In this document: piece after piece, positions 60,755 through 64,000 of the stretch | Numbering within the stretch: position 1 is the stretch's first letter | Layout of the letters: each line of letters starts with the position of its first letter | From: Octopus vulgaris | Lineage: Eukaryota | Reading direction: 5' to 3' | NCBI GenBank assembly: GCA_951406725.2 | Contig: OX597827.1 | Span: forward strand, 53,134,001 to 53,198,000 | DNA length: 64,000 nt | The notes under the pieces: generated by a model | Seen by the model: the letters and a program-made list of their open reading frames with translations, nothing else | Database searches by the model: none | Told to the model about the DNA's origin: nothing | Made by a program: the position numbers and the translations under genes

Positions 60755-61555
60755 GATAGAAATTGTAAGACAACGAAAGAATGAAAGAGACCTCGATTAT
60801 TTGTAAATAGAGGAATTCATCTGCAAATGTAATATGTAACAATTATTCAGCAGCCATGACAAAACTTCGAGTTTCGGATGTCGGGGTGGAAATCCACGCC
60901 GCCATCTCTTCAATTATCCGGCCATCGGAAAAAAAATGCTATGAAAATGACCGTTAAACAAAGGGAAATTACTGTGTGATTGACCGTTATTAAGACAAAA
61001 GAGCTATTTGAATGACCGCTAAGTGAGGGGAGTGAGTAAAAGTATGGGGGTAAAAATGTACAGTGTTCGCGTAAGCGCGCATGTCCATACCTACACGTGC
61101 GTGCCCGCACACCCACATACATGCGCCTATAATTATACACTCATCCACCTTCACTTGAAACATACTCATTCCCACCCACACCATTCGCCAATATATATAT
61201 ATATACAATCCCACACACACGCGCGCACCAAAAAAGTTCATACGCACACGCACAAGAAAATACAGGGCTAAGGGCAACAATACAGAAAGTGTAAAGAAAT
61301 ATTAAAAAAATAAACAATAAGAGTAAAACACGTCTATATACGTACATACCCGTATGCACGGACACACACACGTCTATATACGCGCATACACGCACACGTC
61401 TATATACGCATATACACACATGCGCGCACAAAAAGTTCATACACACGTCTATATACGCACATGACAACAAAAAACAGGGCTAAAGGCAAAAATACAGGAA
61501 AAAGTGTAAGAAAAACGATGAGTAAAACACGTCTATGTACGCACATACTCGCATG

Positions 61556-61605
<50 letters not shown>

Positions 61606-62723
61606 TATATACGCACATACCCGCACACGCACACACATCCACACATACGCACAAAGGATTCCATATACACGTCTATATACGTACAGGGTGGAAGGTAGAA
61701 TGCAGAAAAAATATGAGTAAAAAATATATGAGCGATAAACCTATAAAACAATATCTCTATAAATATTAAATAAATATATGTATAAAAAAAATATAAATAT
61801 ATATAAAAATATATAAGAAATATAAGAAAAATGTGTAAAGGGATAAAATGCTTGTACGTGGACACAATATAGAAAGCAAGTCCTATCCATAATCTCGGTG
61901 GGACCAAAAACATAACAAATATTTAACCACATTTGGGCATGAACCGGAAAGTTCAGTTCTTGAATTCAGACATGTAGCGGGATCTAAGCTGCTTTTCCAG
62001 ATGAGCCATCTTTCCATATCACAAAGACCGCACTTTTCACTGCCGTTGGTGTAGGGCTTACACTTGGCTAAGATCTTCCAATGGATGTTGTAACTGACGC
62101 CTTTATCTTTTAAGTACCATATATGAATGGATACTTTGGCATTTTAAGGAGCATATATAGCTGGATAATTTTGTTGTTTTCCTTTTGTCCCAGTGCCCAA
62201 TTATCCAGTCATATATGGTCCTTAAAAGATAAAGGTGTCAGTTACAACATCCATTGGAAGATCTTAGCCGAATGTAAGCCCTACACCAAGACGTGTGTCT
62301 GAACTTTCTTGGTGCGCGCGTGTGTGTGGGATTGTATATATATATATATATATATATATTGGCGAATGGTGTGGGTGGGAATGAGTATGTTTCAAGTGAA
62401 GGTGGATGAGTGTATAATTATAGGCGCATGTATGTGGGTGTGCGGGCACGCATGTGTAGGTATGGACATGCGCGCTTATGCGAACACTATGTACATTTTT
62501 ACCCCCATACTTTTACTCACTCCCCTCACTTAGCGGTCATTCAAATAGCTCTTTTGTCTTAATAACGGTCAATCACACAGTAATTTCCCTTTGTTTAACG
62601 GTCATTTTCATAGCATTTTTCCGATGGCCGGATAACTGAAGAGATGGCGGCGTGGATTTCCACCCCGACATCCGAAACTCGAAGTTTTATCATGGCTGCT
62701 GAATAATTGTCACATATTACATT

Positions 62724-62724
<1 letters not shown>
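60755..62724 (-). mobile_element. Penelope-like element relic (GIY-YIG C-terminus + pLTR) with inverted 5' copies
   Basis: Minus strand 62140 to about 61883 translates HIWYLKDKGVSYNIHWKILAKCKPYTNGSEKCGLCDMERWLI..LNSRTELSGSCP (not in the ORF track). Inverted repeats 60825-61240/62300-62724 and 62046-62141/62194-62289. Flanked by microsatellites. Confidence 0.82.
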
Positions 62725-62755
<31 letters not shown>

Positions 62756-62764
<9 letters not shown>

Positions 62765-63400
62765 CAAACAGGAATTTCACTCTGTCGAAGAACCACCATT
62801 CACAAAGAGCAAATCCGCCACCCACAATACAGACACTTACAGGTTAGTGAACACATAGAAAAGTGTGCCAGGAATCTTAATCTTAATTTCTAAATCTGCC
62901 CATTCTATCAATGTTCACAGAATACCACAATGCAACAAAGTTTGAATAAAGAGGCATTTTTCATCAATAAATATCTCCCCCAACTAAATATGAACAAACA
63001 ACTCAATACACAACACCACTAACCCTTCAATTAAAACCACTAACCCCTATACACTCCCTACACCATTCACATTACAATTCTATATCTAAATCAAGAACTA
63101 CTTACCTCCCTTACAAATAATCTTTTTTCTCAGGAACTATTAGACCTGACACCGTGTATTAGCCGGTGTTTATTCAAAGTAATGAATAGCTTTGCGGAAG
63201 CCATGGTATTCTTTCTTTTCTGACTTTGTAATCATCTCATAATAATGACTTTTATGACTTTTATTACAACCTCAGTTCATCTAAATGTATATATCTGTCG
63301 TTACCTTTCATAATAAGCCTTTTCTTTTTTTATCTACAATGTGCGTTTTCGTTGATTTTTCATACCCTCCCCTTACATTTCCACGTGTATTTTATATTTC
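62756..63400 (+). mobile_element. Second Penelope-like relic (GIY-YIG domain from the YIG motif onward)
   Basis: YIGQTGISLCRRTTIHKEQIRHPQYRHLQVSEHIEKCA..F*ICPFYQ..KEAFFINKYLPQLN, with one stop. Bounded by (TA)n on both sides. Confidence 0.8.
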
Positions 63401-63401
63401 T

Positions 63402-63444
<43 letters not shown>

Positions 63445-63445
63445 C

Positions 63446-63690
63446 GTGGACGTGCGTGGCTTAGTGGTAATAGGTGTTGCACTTATCATGAAATTGTGGT
63501 CTCGGTTCCAAGGTAAGGCGATGCGTTGCGTGCGAGAGCGAAATACTTCATTTCACTTTACTCCAATCCACTCAGCTGGCAAAAATGAGTAATTTTGCTA
63601 CAGACAGGCGTCCCGTACAGTGGGGAATATAGATACGCCATAGTATCTGGGAAACCAGCCCTGTGAGCCTTTGGCTCGGGAAAGACCTTT
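63446..63690 (+). mobile_element. tRNA-derived SINE (family C, different tail)
   Basis: A box TGGCTTAGTGG. Shares CTCCAATCCACTCAGCTGGCAAAAATGAGTA with 58415-58725, then diverges. Confidence 0.65.
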
Positions 63691-63756
63691 GAAGCTTTTT
63701 TGATGTATGTATGTATGTATCTATGTATGTTTTCCTTCTACCCCTCTCTTCATCAT

Positions 63757-63852
63757 TTCTTCTTCTTCTTCTTCTTCTTCTTCTTCTTCTTCTTCTTCTT
63801 CTTCTTCTTCTTCTTCTTCTTCTTCTTCTTCTTCTTCTTCTTCTTCTTCTTC
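63757..63852. repeat. (TTC)n microsatellite
   Basis: Read directly from the sequence. Confidence 0.97.
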
Positions 63853-64000
63853 AAAATGCAGTATTTGGAATCCCTGTGACTCACCTGATGACTAAAATTA
63901 TGTTTTAGTGTCAGGAAATACTTCAGCTGTGATAGGTTTCTAACTCTCTACAAAAATCAAGATTCTCACTGGAGTACTGCTCGAATTTATGGGAATGTGG

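Overview
This is AT-rich, microsatellite-dense eukaryotic DNA made almost entirely of transposon relics. The SINE types, a TTAGGG tract and the repeat landscape suggest an octopus or other coleoid mollusc (inference, not tested). I found no prokaryotic operon, CRISPR array, rRNA gene or intact tRNA gene, and no confidently identified host gene. Retroelements: six R4/Dong-type LINEs, most beside (TAA)n and two nearly intact; L1/Tx1-like, CR1-group and RTE-like LINE relics; Penelope-like (GIY-YIG) relics; and three tRNA-derived SINE families. DNA transposons: one complete mariner, Tc1 and maT fragments, a Chapaev-like element and Helitrons. A nested tandem duplication spans 7.4-12.7 kb. The most striking pattern, invisible in the ORF track, is a set of 5'-to-5' fold-back elements in microsatellites. 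Some carry GIY-YIG remnants or hammerhead-like cores, one holds a copy of a neighbouring LINE in its loop, and one is a perfect 75-bp-arm palindrome of a tRNA-like unit. Other points: a conserved stem-loop in four Dong 3' UTRs, two SINE-LINE shared tails, a twin-priming-like RTE inversion, a telomeric insertion in a Tx1 zinc finger, and a weak two-exon candidate for a secreted protein near 58.0-58.35 kb. All alignments were by eye, and boundaries of degraded elements are approximate.
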